DNA from: an archaeon
GTDB taxonomy: Archaea; Iainarchaeota; Iainarchaeia; Iainarchaeales; CSSED10-239
Assembly (NCBI GenBank): GCA_041657425.1
Contig: JBBABY010000002.1
Span: 60,001-92,000 of the forward strand
Direction: 5' to 3'
DNA: 32,000 nt
This document shows positions 1 to 7,578 of the stretch, piece by piece. Both the position numbers and the translations under genes were made by a program. Within the stretch, counting starts at the first letter, position 1. Each line of letters begins with the position of its first letter. Under the pieces are notes generated by a model. That model was not told the DNA's origin, searched no databases, and saw only the letters and a list, made by a program, of their open reading frames with translations.

Positions 1-349
1 TAAATTTATTCGGCCACAAATATTGTTCTAAATACCACTTTTTAAAAAAACCAATAAATTGTAAAAATTTATTTTTTTGTTCTTTTATCTGTTCTAAATC
101 TAAGTCTTTGCTTTTATTTAGATTATCAAATTCTTCATGTAATTTATTTATTTTTTCTTGAAGACGTTCTAATTCATAAGATTTATTTTCAATAAATTGG
201 TTTTTTTCTAGAGTTATATCGTTAATAAACTCTAAATACATCTTGTCTATTTGATTAACAACACAATTATTTGTTTGTAGTGTTATAAAATCTGGAGATT
301 TATGTAACAAATCTATATCCGATCTAGAAAAACCATATATTATCGTCAT
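1..349 (-). CDS. hypothetical coiled-coil protein, partial (C-terminus runs off the window)
   Basis: ATG at 349-347 opens a frame that stays open to base 1 (MTIIYGFSRSDIDLLHKSPDF...ELERLQEKINKLHEEFDNLNKSKDLDLEQIKEQKNKF...). It is absent from the supplied track because there is no stop in the window. The charged/Leu-rich pattern is heptad-like. No domain recognised. Confidence 0.4.
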   Translation of the reverse strand, partial: MTIIYGFSRSDIDLLHKSPDFITLQTNNCVVNQIDKMYLEFINDITLEKNQFIENKSYELERLQEKINKLHEEFDNLNKSKDLDLEQIKEQKNKFLQFIGFFKKWYLEQYLWPNKF

Positions 350-489
350 AAATACATAGATAACAGATACATTTAAAATCCATTATATTTTTAAAAAATG
401 AACTAAATCGTTTAATGATTTAATATTCGTCAGGAATCTTTATCAATACACAAGTGCACAGTATTGCGCATGAAGTCTTTATTAATTAA

Positions 490-714
490 CTTGGAATTCA
501 TTCCGCGCAGAGATTATTACTCAACACAGAACTGTTTGTTGTTGCAATTGGCGGACTTTAAAAGTTTATCTGGAATGCTCTAAAATGGATGTTTGCTTTT
601 GATAAAGTACTTATTGGAATAATCTTAATTGGATTAATTGGTTTAATAATGGAAGAACTAGTCTTTAGAAAAATAGAAAATTCAGTTCATAAAAAATGGG
701 GAACTGAAAACTAA
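490..714 (+). pseudogene. remnant of the C-terminal end of a binding-protein-dependent ABC permease (TauC/SsuC-like)
   Basis: Frame 1 reads LGIHSAQRLLLNTELFVVAIGGL*KFIWNALKWMFAFDKVLIGIILIGLIGLIMEELVFRKIENSVHKKWGTEN*. The tail (hydrophobic IGLIGL helix followed by a basic ..RKIE....KKW) resembles the last helix and C-terminus of TauC/SsuC-type permeases. There is an in-frame stop at 559-561, and no upstream body of the gene is present. Confidence 0.3.
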
Positions 715-716
715 CT

Positions 717-1004
717 TTATTTTTTTACAATTATTTTATTATATAATATTATTAATTGTATTAATATCAATATTCCAAAAACAATCCAAAAAATAGTATT
801 AATTAAACTAACATTACTACATCTTTCTGTTGCATTAATTATTGGAAGAGTACAGTTTTTTATCTCTTGTACAAAAGAAATATAGGTTTCTCCTAAAAAT
901 CCAAAATCAACTCTACTGATTTTTACATATCTTAATGCAAAAAGTAAAGCTGCAACAAAAAGCAACTTAAAATCCCATAAATTTAATTCTTTTGTTTTAT
1001 TCAT
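717..1004 (-). CDS. small membrane protein, hypothetical (2 predicted TM helices)
   Basis: 95-aa ORF with ATG and a GGAGA SD about 8 nt upstream. Hydrophobic segments LLFVAALLFAL and IFWIVFGILILIQLIILY. Third gene of a tightly spaced minus-strand trio. Confidence 0.5.
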   Translation of the reverse strand: MNKTKELNLWDFKLLFVAALLFALRYVKISRVDFGFLGETYISFVQEIKNCTLPIINATERCSNVSLINTIFWIVFGILILIQLIILYNKIIVKK

Positions 1005-1026
1005 ATTTTTTTCTCCTTTTAAATTA

Positions 1027-1314
1027 TTACATCACTCCAAAGAATTTCAGAACTAAAATCACTCCAAGTCCTGCTAAACCAAAGATTGCACATACAATTA
1101 ATGTTATTACAATTGGTAATTTTATTCCTATTAATAAACATATACCAACACCAATAACTCCAACAATACTATTTATTAGAAATTGCCCAAAATTTGCAAT
1201 AATTATAATTGCTATAATTATTAAAATAATACCTACAATCAAACTTATTGGATTATGTACTAAATTAACAACTGATCCAGAAACTTCTTTTGCTATTATA
1301 TTTGCATCTACCAT
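1027..1314 (-). CDS. small membrane protein, hypothetical (2-3 TM helices)
   Basis: 95-aa ORF with ATG and a GGAGA SD. Very hydrophobic (IVGIILIIIAIIIIANF, GVIGVGICLLIGI, IVCAIFGLAGLGVILVL). Lies 22 nt downstream of the cupredoxin gene. Confidence 0.5.
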   Translation of the reverse strand: MVDANIIAKEVSGSVVNLVHNPISLIVGIILIIIAIIIIANFGQFLINSIVGVIGVGICLLIGIKLPIVITLIVCAIFGLAGLGVILVLKFFGVM

Positions 1315-1336
1315 GTTTTTCTCCTTTTTAAGTTCT

Positions 1337-1756
1337 TTACCTTACAACAATTGTTCCATTCATATTTGAATGCATTGTACAATGGTATGCAAATTTTCCT
1401 GAAGAAGTGAATGTATAACTTTTACTATTTCCTAAAGTTATTTCTCCAGAATCAAAACCACCATTATCAAATGTTACTGTATGTGATACATTATCCATAT
1501 TTTTCCAAACAACTGTTGTTCCTGCATAAACTGTTATTGCTTGAGGTTTAAATGCAAGATTTGAAATTTGGATATTTACACTTCCTTGAGATTGAGAAGG
1601 AGTATTTGTTGTTTGTTTTAAATTATTCTCCGAATCATTAGTGGTTGTAGTAGTTGTAGTTGTTGTAGATTGGTTAAAATTTATTTTCTTTCTAAAAAAT
1701 AACAATACAATCATTATTCCAATTATTAAAAGAATTATCCAAATACTATTTATCAT
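1337..1756 (-). CDS. membrane-anchored cupredoxin (plastocyanin/amicyanin-like blue copper protein) with a poly-Thr linker
   Basis: N-terminal TM helix, T9 linker, then a cupredoxin domain. Type-1 Cu ligand pattern: His in NVSHTVTF and Cys-x2-His-x2-Met in YHCTMHSNM. Confidence 0.8.
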   Translation of the reverse strand: MINSIWIILLIIGIMIVLLFFRKKINFNQSTTTTTTTTTNDSENNLKQTTNTPSQSQGSVNIQISNLAFKPQAITVYAGTTVVWKNMDNVSHTVTFDNGGFDSGEITLGNSKSYTFTSSGKFAYHCTMHSNMNGTIVVR

Positions 1757-1866
1757 AACATTACCTTTTCTTCAGTTATTACATAATTATATACATAATA
1801 TAGTAACTAGGTGTGTATAAAGGGCAACAACAGATAACTATTGAAAGTTACTATAAACAAATAGAA

Positions 1867-1948
1867 TGCAGAAGGCAGGATTCGAACCTGCGAAGCACTA
1901 AGCACCAGATCTTGAGTCTGGCCCCTTTGACCGCTCGGGTACTCCTGC
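1867..1948 (-). tRNA. tRNA-Leu(CAA), class II with long variable arm
   Basis: Reverse complement folds as a cloverleaf: acceptor GCAGGAG/CTTCTGC, anticodon stem CCAGA/TCTGG with loop CTCAAGA, variable arm TGCTTAGTGCTTCGCA, T-arm GCAGG-TTCGAAT-CCTGC, discriminator A. No intron and no encoded CCA. Confidence 0.9.
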
Positions 1949-1975
1949 TTTATAATATACTTAAATTAAAAACAA

Positions 1976-1983
1976 TTTATAAA
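1976..1983. promoter_or_regulatory. palindromic TATA box TTTATAAA positioned for both tRNA-Leu (minus) and the C1 peptidase gene (plus)
   Basis: TTTATAAA is its own reverse complement. Its centre is about 31 nt from the tRNA-Leu 5' end (1948) and about 27 nt from the peptidase ATG (2007), which implies a leaderless mRNA. Confidence 0.4.
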
Positions 1984-2006
1984 CATTCATTTTTATATAA
2001 TATATA

Positions 2007-3698
2007 ATGAACAGAAAAATAATCATTGCTTTTGTTGTTTCTATATTACTTTTCTTAACTATATTTGTCTATCTTAATTTAAAAGAAAAAACACAAGCAG
2101 AAATAATTAACGAACAATTAATAAAACAAAATGCATCTTGGATTGCTGCAGATTATCCTAAAGACATTATGGAAATTCCAATTAATTATGTTATTGAAGA
2201 TACCGAAGAATCGACTACCACAAAATTTAATACCTCTAATCAAAATACATTTTTCCCTGAAGATATAAATTTTACAGAAAATATTACTCTCACAAATAAT
2301 AATATCACTGGACTACTTTCTATTAAACCAAATATTTTTAATAAAACTAGATATCAACAAGACGTATTATCTTGGAAAAAATATATTCATAATTTTCAAT
2401 CACAAGAATTTTGTGGAAGTTGTAGTGCTTTTGCAACAATTGGGGCATTAGAGGCATATATTAATAAAACTCAAAATATAAATCTAAATCTTTCAGAACA
2501 ATATTTAATATCTTATTCTAATTTTATGGGTTGTTCTGGAATGAATACAGAATATTATTTAAAATTGATTAGTTTTAATAATTTTAATACTAATGAAAAA
2601 TCAATCAATGAATATTTAAAAAATAAATTGTATAATGAAGTATCTAATGAAAAGGGACTACAAAATGTAGTTAATCCCTGGGGCGTTAAAAAATTACAAA
2701 CCAAAACCCAAATTAGTTTAATGGCAGGAGAAGTCCCTTTCGGAATACCTTTAGAAAATCAAATTCCATATAAGCAACTAGATTCTTGTGAAATTATAGA
2801 TTATGCTAATTCTAAAGATACTAAAGTATCAATGGATTTGAGTTTGCTTTATAAAATATATGATTATAACTTTACAATATTTAATGAAAACTTTTGTCCA
2901 AATAACTCAGATGGTACAACTCTTATTTCTCCTCAAAAAAAAGAATTAACAAAATATTTTATAGAAAATTATTTTTCAATAGAAAATTCAGATTGTAAAA
3001 ATAAAGACTCAAATTCTCAAACAATACAAAATATTAAAGCTGCATTAAAATACACTCCTGTAATTGCTAATACCAATAAATTTTATGGATCTATAAGAAA
3101 TTATAAAATAGGAGTTTGGGAGAAATTAAATCATGAAAGTCACACTATATTCATTATTAATAACAAAAAATATATTGAAACTCATGCAATAATTATTGCT
3201 GGTTGGGGAAAAGACTTGAATTCAGGAAAAGAATATTGGATTTTAAAAAATAGTTGGGGTAATAACTGGGGAGAAAATGGATATTTCAAAACTTGGATTA
3301 ATGACGAGAATATATCAATTGAATGCTCTAAATTATATGGGTTTTCTGGGAAAGTAATTACAAAATCCGGAAAAGAAATAAATGATTTACTTCCAATTAT
3401 TAATAAAGAACTTGGAAAATTAGAAAAAACAGAAATCCCGACCAATTTTATAAGCCCAGAAGAATTAAAAGAATTAAAAGAAGAAAATCAAAGACTTAAT
3501 TATGAACGCAATCAACCAATTATTCCGATTCCTGATTTCCCAAAAGATTTAACCCCATATAATATTATAAATATAAATTCTATAGAAACAGAAACGATAA
3601 CAAATTCTAAATGTATTTCAATAATGAGTTGTATATCAAATAAATTAAGTGATTTTTATGGTATTAATAATACAACTCCAGAAAATCAAATAACTTAG
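2007..3698 (+). CDS. papain-family (C1A) cysteine peptidase, N-terminally membrane-anchored, with a large internal insertion and a C-terminal extension
   Basis: Oxyanion Gln plus catalytic Cys in QSQEFCGSCSAF (Gln at -6 as in papain), His in ETHAIIIAGWG, Asn in WILKNSWGNNWGENGYF. N-terminal TM helix IIIAFVVSILLFLTIFVYL. Confidence 0.85.
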   Translation: MNRKIIIAFVVSILLFLTIFVYLNLKEKTQAEIINEQLIKQNASWIAADYPKDIMEIPINYVIEDTEESTTTKFNTSNQNTFFPEDINFTENITLTNNNITGLLSIKPNIFNKTRYQQDVLSWKKYIHNFQSQEFCGSCSAFATIGALEAYINKTQNINLNLSEQYLISYSNFMGCSGMNTEYYLKLISFNNFNTNEKSINEYLKNKLYNEVSNEKGLQNVVNPWGVKKLQTKTQISLMAGEVPFGIPLENQIPYKQLDSCEIIDYANSKDTKVSMDLSLLYKIYDYNFTIFNENFCPNNSDGTTLISPQKKELTKYFIENYFSIENSDCKNKDSNSQTIQNIKAALKYTPVIANTNKFYGSIRNYKIGVWEKLNHESHTIFIINNKKYIETHAIIIAGWGKDLNSGKEYWILKNSWGNNWGENGYFKTWINDENISIECSKLYGFSGKVITKSGKEINDLLPIINKELGKLEKTEIPTNFISPEELKELKEENQRLNYERNQPIIPIPDFPKDLTPYNIININSIETETITNSKCISIMSCISNKLSDFYGINNTTPENQIT

Positions 3699-3952
3699 AA
3701 TCCGTCTATTCCTTTTCTTTTCTTAAATCCGTTTCCTGAGAACAAATTCTCAAAAAACCCTGGTTTCTTTAGTTTTCCTGGTGCAGATCTAACAATTTTT
3801 CTTGGACTAAATATCTTTTCAAAGAAATTCTGCTCATTTCTTCTTCTTGTTCTTCCAACAGAAACTGCACCAACTTCTGGCTTAGGTATTCCACCTGTCC
3901 CATAGAATGCATCCTGTAATATTCTTCCTTGATCTGATTTTTTTCCAAGCAT
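3695..3952 (-). CDS. small basic hypothetical protein
   Basis: 85-aa ATG ORF, Lys/Arg/Gly/Phe-rich (GFFENLFSGNGFKKRKG, FFEKIFSPRK). No recognised domain. Competes with an overlapping alternative frame at 3769..3963. Confidence 0.3.
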   Translation of the reverse strand: MLGKKSDQGRILQDAFYGTGGIPKPEVGAVSVGRTRRRNEQNFFEKIFSPRKIVRSAPGKLKKPGFFENLFSGNGFKKRKGIDGF

Positions 3953-4012
3953 AATTTATTCACATTTTTCTTAATTAAATTATATATATTACCATTATAT
4001 ATTTAAAGATAT

Positions 4013-4606
4013 TTATAATCCTTCATGCTTTGTTTTACTCATAAAGTACCATACTAAAAAAACTATTAGGATTGATCCAATTGTTGTTATGAAGATTACA
4101 TTAAACATCGTAAGTATTCCTTTACCTATTGAATCACCTAAAAAATAACCAAGATAAGTTAGCCCTAATATCCAAACGATTGAACCTAAGAAGATATACC
4201 AGAGGAATTTCCAGAAATTCATTTTAACTAGCCCTGCAGGAAGAGCAATATACTGTCTAACAAAAGGAATTAACCTTCCTAATAATGTTGCTATTGCACC
4301 GTGTTTTTTATAAAATTTCTCTACTGCCTCTAAATGGCTCTCTTGAATTAATAAAATTCCATTTTTTACTAGAAATTCTCTACCTAAAAACCTTGCAACA
4401 AAATAACCAATGATTGCTCCAATCATTGCTCCGGCCATTGCTGAAGCAATAACTAAAAACATATTCAATTGATGTTTAGCAACTAAAACGCCTGCTGGAA
4501 TTAAGATCATTTCTAGTGGATCAACAATCATAAGTAAAAATATAGTTAAATAATTGATTTGGGAAACTATCCCAGTTATATCAATTAAAGGAATTGGAAC
4601 AAACAT
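4013..4606 (-). CDS. DedA/SNARE-associated family membrane protein
   Basis: 197-aa polytopic membrane protein with DedA-type core (KHGAIATLLGRLIPFVRQYIALPAGLVKMNFWKFLWYIFLGSIVW). Confidence 0.85.
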   Translation of the reverse strand: MFVPIPLIDITGIVSQINYLTIFLLMIVDPLEMILIPAGVLVAKHQLNMFLVIASAMAGAMIGAIIGYFVARFLGREFLVKNGILLIQESHLEAVEKFYKKHGAIATLLGRLIPFVRQYIALPAGLVKMNFWKFLWYIFLGSIVWILGLTYLGYFLGDSIGKGILTMFNVIFITTIGSILIVFLVWYFMSKTKHEGL

Positions 4607-4626
4607 AATTATCCTTTTTTATAAAA

Positions 4627-5262
4627 TTAATTATCTAAAATGCCGCCCCATTCAACAACAGTAAAACCAGTTCTTATTGGAGTTATAATTCCGGGATTAT
4701 TAATTAGAATATGATTTCTAATTGGTTTAAAATAAAAATGAACTCTTATTTCTGAATCTGGTTCAGGATAAACTATTAAATTCATATTTTCCTGTAGAAA
4801 TTCTTTTGATAACAATTTAATTTCATAATAATTTGATTTCGGTAATTCCTTCAACCAATATTCTTTAAATTGAGATTTCTCTCTTTCATTTAATCCTAAT
4901 TTAATCAGATTTATTTCAAACCAATTATCTAAGTCACTATAAGCAACCACCCATCCCTCTACTGGCAATTCTAGTTTATTTAATTTAGCTTCATAAAACA
5001 AATAATCATACTTATTATCTATTAATCCTTCTTTTGTAACAAACACATTCCAACCATTGCCATATTTTGGAATTTCTTTAATCATTTTTCCATTTATATT
5101 TACTTGTACAGAAACTTGTGTGTCTTCTGTAGGATACAAATAGATTGCTGGTTTTTTACTTATTTGTGGCCTACTCATTTCAAATATAATCAATCCTGCA
5201 AAAATTACAAAAATAATTCCTAATACAATTAATACAATTTTTAATATTTTATTCATATTCAT
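4627..5262 (-). CDS. membrane-anchored hypothetical protein
   Basis: The track ORF starts at a TTG (5313). The first ATG (5262, MNMNKILKIVLIVLGIIFVIFAGLIIF) gives a signal-anchor followed by KKPAIYLYP... and a soluble domain. No family recognised. Confidence 0.5.
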   Translation of the reverse strand: MNMNKILKIVLIVLGIIFVIFAGLIIFEMSRPQISKKPAIYLYPTEDTQVSVQVNINGKMIKEIPKYGNGWNVFVTKEGLIDNKYDYLFYEAKLNKLELPVEGWVVAYSDLDNWFEINLIKLGLNEREKSQFKEYWLKELPKSNYYEIKLLSKEFLQENMNLIVYPEPDSEIRVHFYFKPIRNHILINNPGIITPIRTGFTVVEWGGILDN

Positions 5263-5346
5263 CAATTCTCTCAATATTAACAAAATATATTGTGTAAAAT
5301 AGTTTATAAACAAATAGTTTTAGTTTTCTGTAAAATTTAGGTAAAG

Positions 5347-5429
5347 CGCAGAGGACGGGATTCGAACCCGCGTAGTCTTTCGACTCTAGCTTAGCAGGCT
5401 AGTGCGTTTGACCACTCCACCACCTCTGC
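5347..5429 (-). tRNA. tRNA-Ser(GCU), class II
   Basis: Reverse complement: acceptor GCAGAGG/CCTCTGC, anticodon stem CTAGC/GCTAG with loop CTGCTAA, variable arm AGTCGAAAGACTAC, T-arm GCGGG-TTCGAAT-CCCGT, discriminator G. No CCA and no intron. Confidence 0.9.
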
Positions 5430-5431
5430 AA

Positions 5432-5460
5432 TAACCGGTTTCACTCGGTTAGCGCGCAAC
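5432..5460 (+). repeat. 29-nt GC-rich repeat, copy 1 (TAACCGGTTTCACTCGGTTAGCGCGCAAC)
   Basis: 28/29 identical and in the same orientation as 10195-10223. Contains the palindrome TAACCG-N8-CGGTTA followed by GCGCGC. Lies 2 nt from the 5' end of tRNA-Ser, which is on the other strand. Confidence 0.85.
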
Positions 5461-5490
5461 GATCACTTTACTAACCAAAAATCGATTTAC

Positions 5491-5498
5491 TAATATAA
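5491..5498 (-). promoter_or_regulatory. candidate TATA box of tRNA-Ser (TTATATTA on the minus strand)
   Basis: This is the nearest TATA-like element upstream of tRNA-Ser. It predicts a TSS near 5468 and hence a leader of about 39 nt. The adjacent block ATCGATTTTT (complement of 5477-5486) is shared with the tRNA-Thr promoter region. Confidence 0.35.
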
Positions 5499-5623
5499 TT
5501 AAGATTAAAAATATATATAAAGGTATCAAATAACTAAATCCTCTAGAAATTCCCCTTTATATTATTTTCTATATTATATATTATAGACTAGTATATATAC
5601 GATTTTTAACTTAGGTTGTAATT

Positions 5624-6340
5624 ATGGCCGGAAAAGAAAAAGCAGTTGTTGAATTAAAAGATGTCTATAAAATTTATTGCATGGGCACAGAAGTTTGTGT
5701 TAATGCCTTAAGTGGAGTTGACTTAAGAATTAATAATGGAGAATTTGTTGCAATCATGGGACCAAGTGGTTCTGGTAAATCAACAATGATGCACATTGTT
5801 GGTGCTCTTGATCTTCCTTCTAAAGGAAAGGTATTTCTTGATGGAACAAACATTTCTGAACTTTCAGAAGATGACTTAGCAAAGATTAGAGGAAAAACAA
5901 TTGGCTTTGTTTTCCAAGACTTTAACCTTATACCAACATTAACTGCACTTGAAAATGTAATGCTTCCGATGTTATTTCAGGATTCTAATAAATCAACAGA
6001 ATTACAAGAAAAACATTGTAAAGCACTTCTTTCTCTTGTGGGATTAGGTGAAAGAGTTAATCACAAACCTTCAGAACTATCTGGTGGGCAACAACAAAGA
6101 GTTGCTATTGCGCGTTCTCTTGTTAATGATCCTGAGATTATCCTTGCAGATGAACCAACAGGCGCTCTTGATTCCAAATCAAGTCAAGAAATTATGGATC
6201 TTTTAAAAGACTTAAACAAGAAAGGAAAAACAATAATACTAATTACACACGACAAGACTGTTGCAAATGTTGCAAAAAGACATATCGCTCTTAAAGACGG
6301 AAAAATCGTTGAAGACAAAATAATGCATGAAAAGAAATGA
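5624..6340 (+). CDS. ABC transporter ATP-binding protein (MacB/LolD family)
   Basis: Walker [11 protein letters not shown]-loop, signature [15 protein letters not shown], Walker [10 protein letters not shown]-loop ITHD. The stop overlaps the next start (ATGA). Confidence 0.9.
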   Translation: MAGKEKAVVELKDVYKIYCMGTEVCVNALSGVDLRINNGEFVAIMGPSGSGKSTMMHIVGALDLPSKGKVFLDGTNISELSEDDLAKIRGKTIGFVFQDFNLIPTLTALENVMLPMLFQDSNKSTELQEKHCKALLSLVGLGERVNHKPSELSGGQQQRVAIARSLVNDPEIILADEPTGALDSKSSQEIMDLLKDLNKKGKTIILITHDKTVANVAKRHIALKDGKIVEDKIMHEKK

Positions 6341-7533
6341 TTGGAATACTTAATTTTGTAATACGAAACCTTAGAAGAAGAAAACTAAGAAATTGGATAA
6401 CTATAGCTGGAATAATTATTGGAGTTATAGCAATTGTTTCTTTAATTTCTTTATCTGAAGGGTTAAAATCTGCAATAAATAATGAATTTAATAATCTTGG
6501 AACAAATAGAATTACAGTAACTTCCAAGTATGCAAGTTTTGGGGGAAGTAGAAGTAACCAAGGATTAACTGATAATGATATTAAGGTTGTAGAAAAAGTA
6601 AGCGATGTAGATTTTGCAAGTGGATCGCTCTCAGGATTTCTTGAAACTAAATATAATCAAAAAACATTAATGACTTCATACACTTCTTATGATCCAGAAC
6701 ATTTCCAAGAAATGCTTAAACAAAATAACAAAAGTTTAGAAAAAGGAAACTATATTACTGATGAAAAAAGTAAGTCTGTAATTGTTGGTTATAGTTACAT
6801 AGACGAATCAAAAAATAAAGATTTATTTGATAAAACACTAGACTTGGGAAAGAAAATAAAAATATCAGGAACAGACTATACAGTTGTTGGTGTTCTTAAA
6901 AAAACAGGAGATGTAAGATCTGATACTGTAATGTATATTTCTAATAACAATCTTAAAGAAATAACAAACTCTGAAACTTATGATAAGATTTATGCAATTG
7001 CTAAAGAAGGAAAAGATGTAGAAGTTGTTGCAGCAAGAATACAAAACAAATTAGAAAAAGCAAGAGATGCTAAAGATATTATAGCAACATCGCCAATACA
7101 AGAAAGTAAAAGTCAACAAGACACTTTAGGAATGGTAACTATTGTTATTATTGGTATTGCTTGTATTTCTCTTTTAGTTGGAGGAATTGGAATACTTAAC
7201 TCTATGTACACTTCTGTATTTGAAAGAAAGAAAGAAATTGGAGTACTAAAAGCAATTGGTGCTAAGAAAAGAGATATACTTATGATCTTCCTTTTAGAGT
7301 CAGGAATCATTGGTTTAATTGGAGGAACAATAGGTGTGCTATTAGGATTTGGACTTGCAGGGCTTGTTAAACTAGTTGCTGCACAAATTGGAATTACAAT
7401 AACTATATCAATAACCTTAAACATAATATTATTAGCACTAGGATTTTCTTTCTTAATTGGAGTAATCTCAGGAATGATTCCTGCATATATCGCATCAAGT
7501 CAAGCTCCTGTTGATGCTCTTCGTGAGGAGTAA
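6337..7533 (+). CDS. ABC transporter permease, FtsX/MacB type (permease 1)
   Basis: N-terminal TM helix, about 230-aa extracytoplasmic domain, then C-terminal FtsX 3-TM module (SVFERKKEIGVLKAIGAKKRDILMIFLLESGIIGLIGG). Confidence 0.85.
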   Translation: MIGILNFVIRNLRRRKLRNWITIAGIIIGVIAIVSLISLSEGLKSAINNEFNNLGTNRITVTSKYASFGGSRSNQGLTDNDIKVVEKVSDVDFASGSLSGFLETKYNQKTLMTSYTSYDPEHFQEMLKQNNKSLEKGNYITDEKSKSVIVGYSYIDESKNKDLFDKTLDLGKKIKISGTDYTVVGVLKKTGDVRSDTVMYISNNNLKEITNSETYDKIYAIAKEGKDVEVVAARIQNKLEKARDAKDIIATSPIQESKSQQDTLGMVTIVIIGIACISLLVGGIGILNSMYTSVFERKKEIGVLKAIGAKKRDILMIFLLESGIIGLIGGTIGVLLGFGLAGLVKLVAAQIGITITISITLNIILLALGFSFLIGVISGMIPAYIASSQAPVDALREE

Positions 7534-7578
7534 ACTAAAATACTTAAATAAAAAAACAAAAAAAATGGTGAAGAATTA

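Noticed and set aside
992-1369. 125-aa plus-strand ORF
   Set aside because: It is antisense to the well-supported 95-aa membrane protein gene (SD plus ATG). Its Ile/Thr/Pro-rich translation is the mirror of a hydrophobic coding strand.
1813-2007. 64-aa plus-strand ORF
   Set aside because: It runs antisense straight through the tRNA-Leu gene and the promoter spacer. It is an artefact of the tRNA sequence.
3769-3963. 64-aa ORF overlapping the 85-aa ORF 3695..3952 in another frame
   Set aside because: Only one of the two can be real. I kept the longer one at low confidence, and neither has a recognisable domain.
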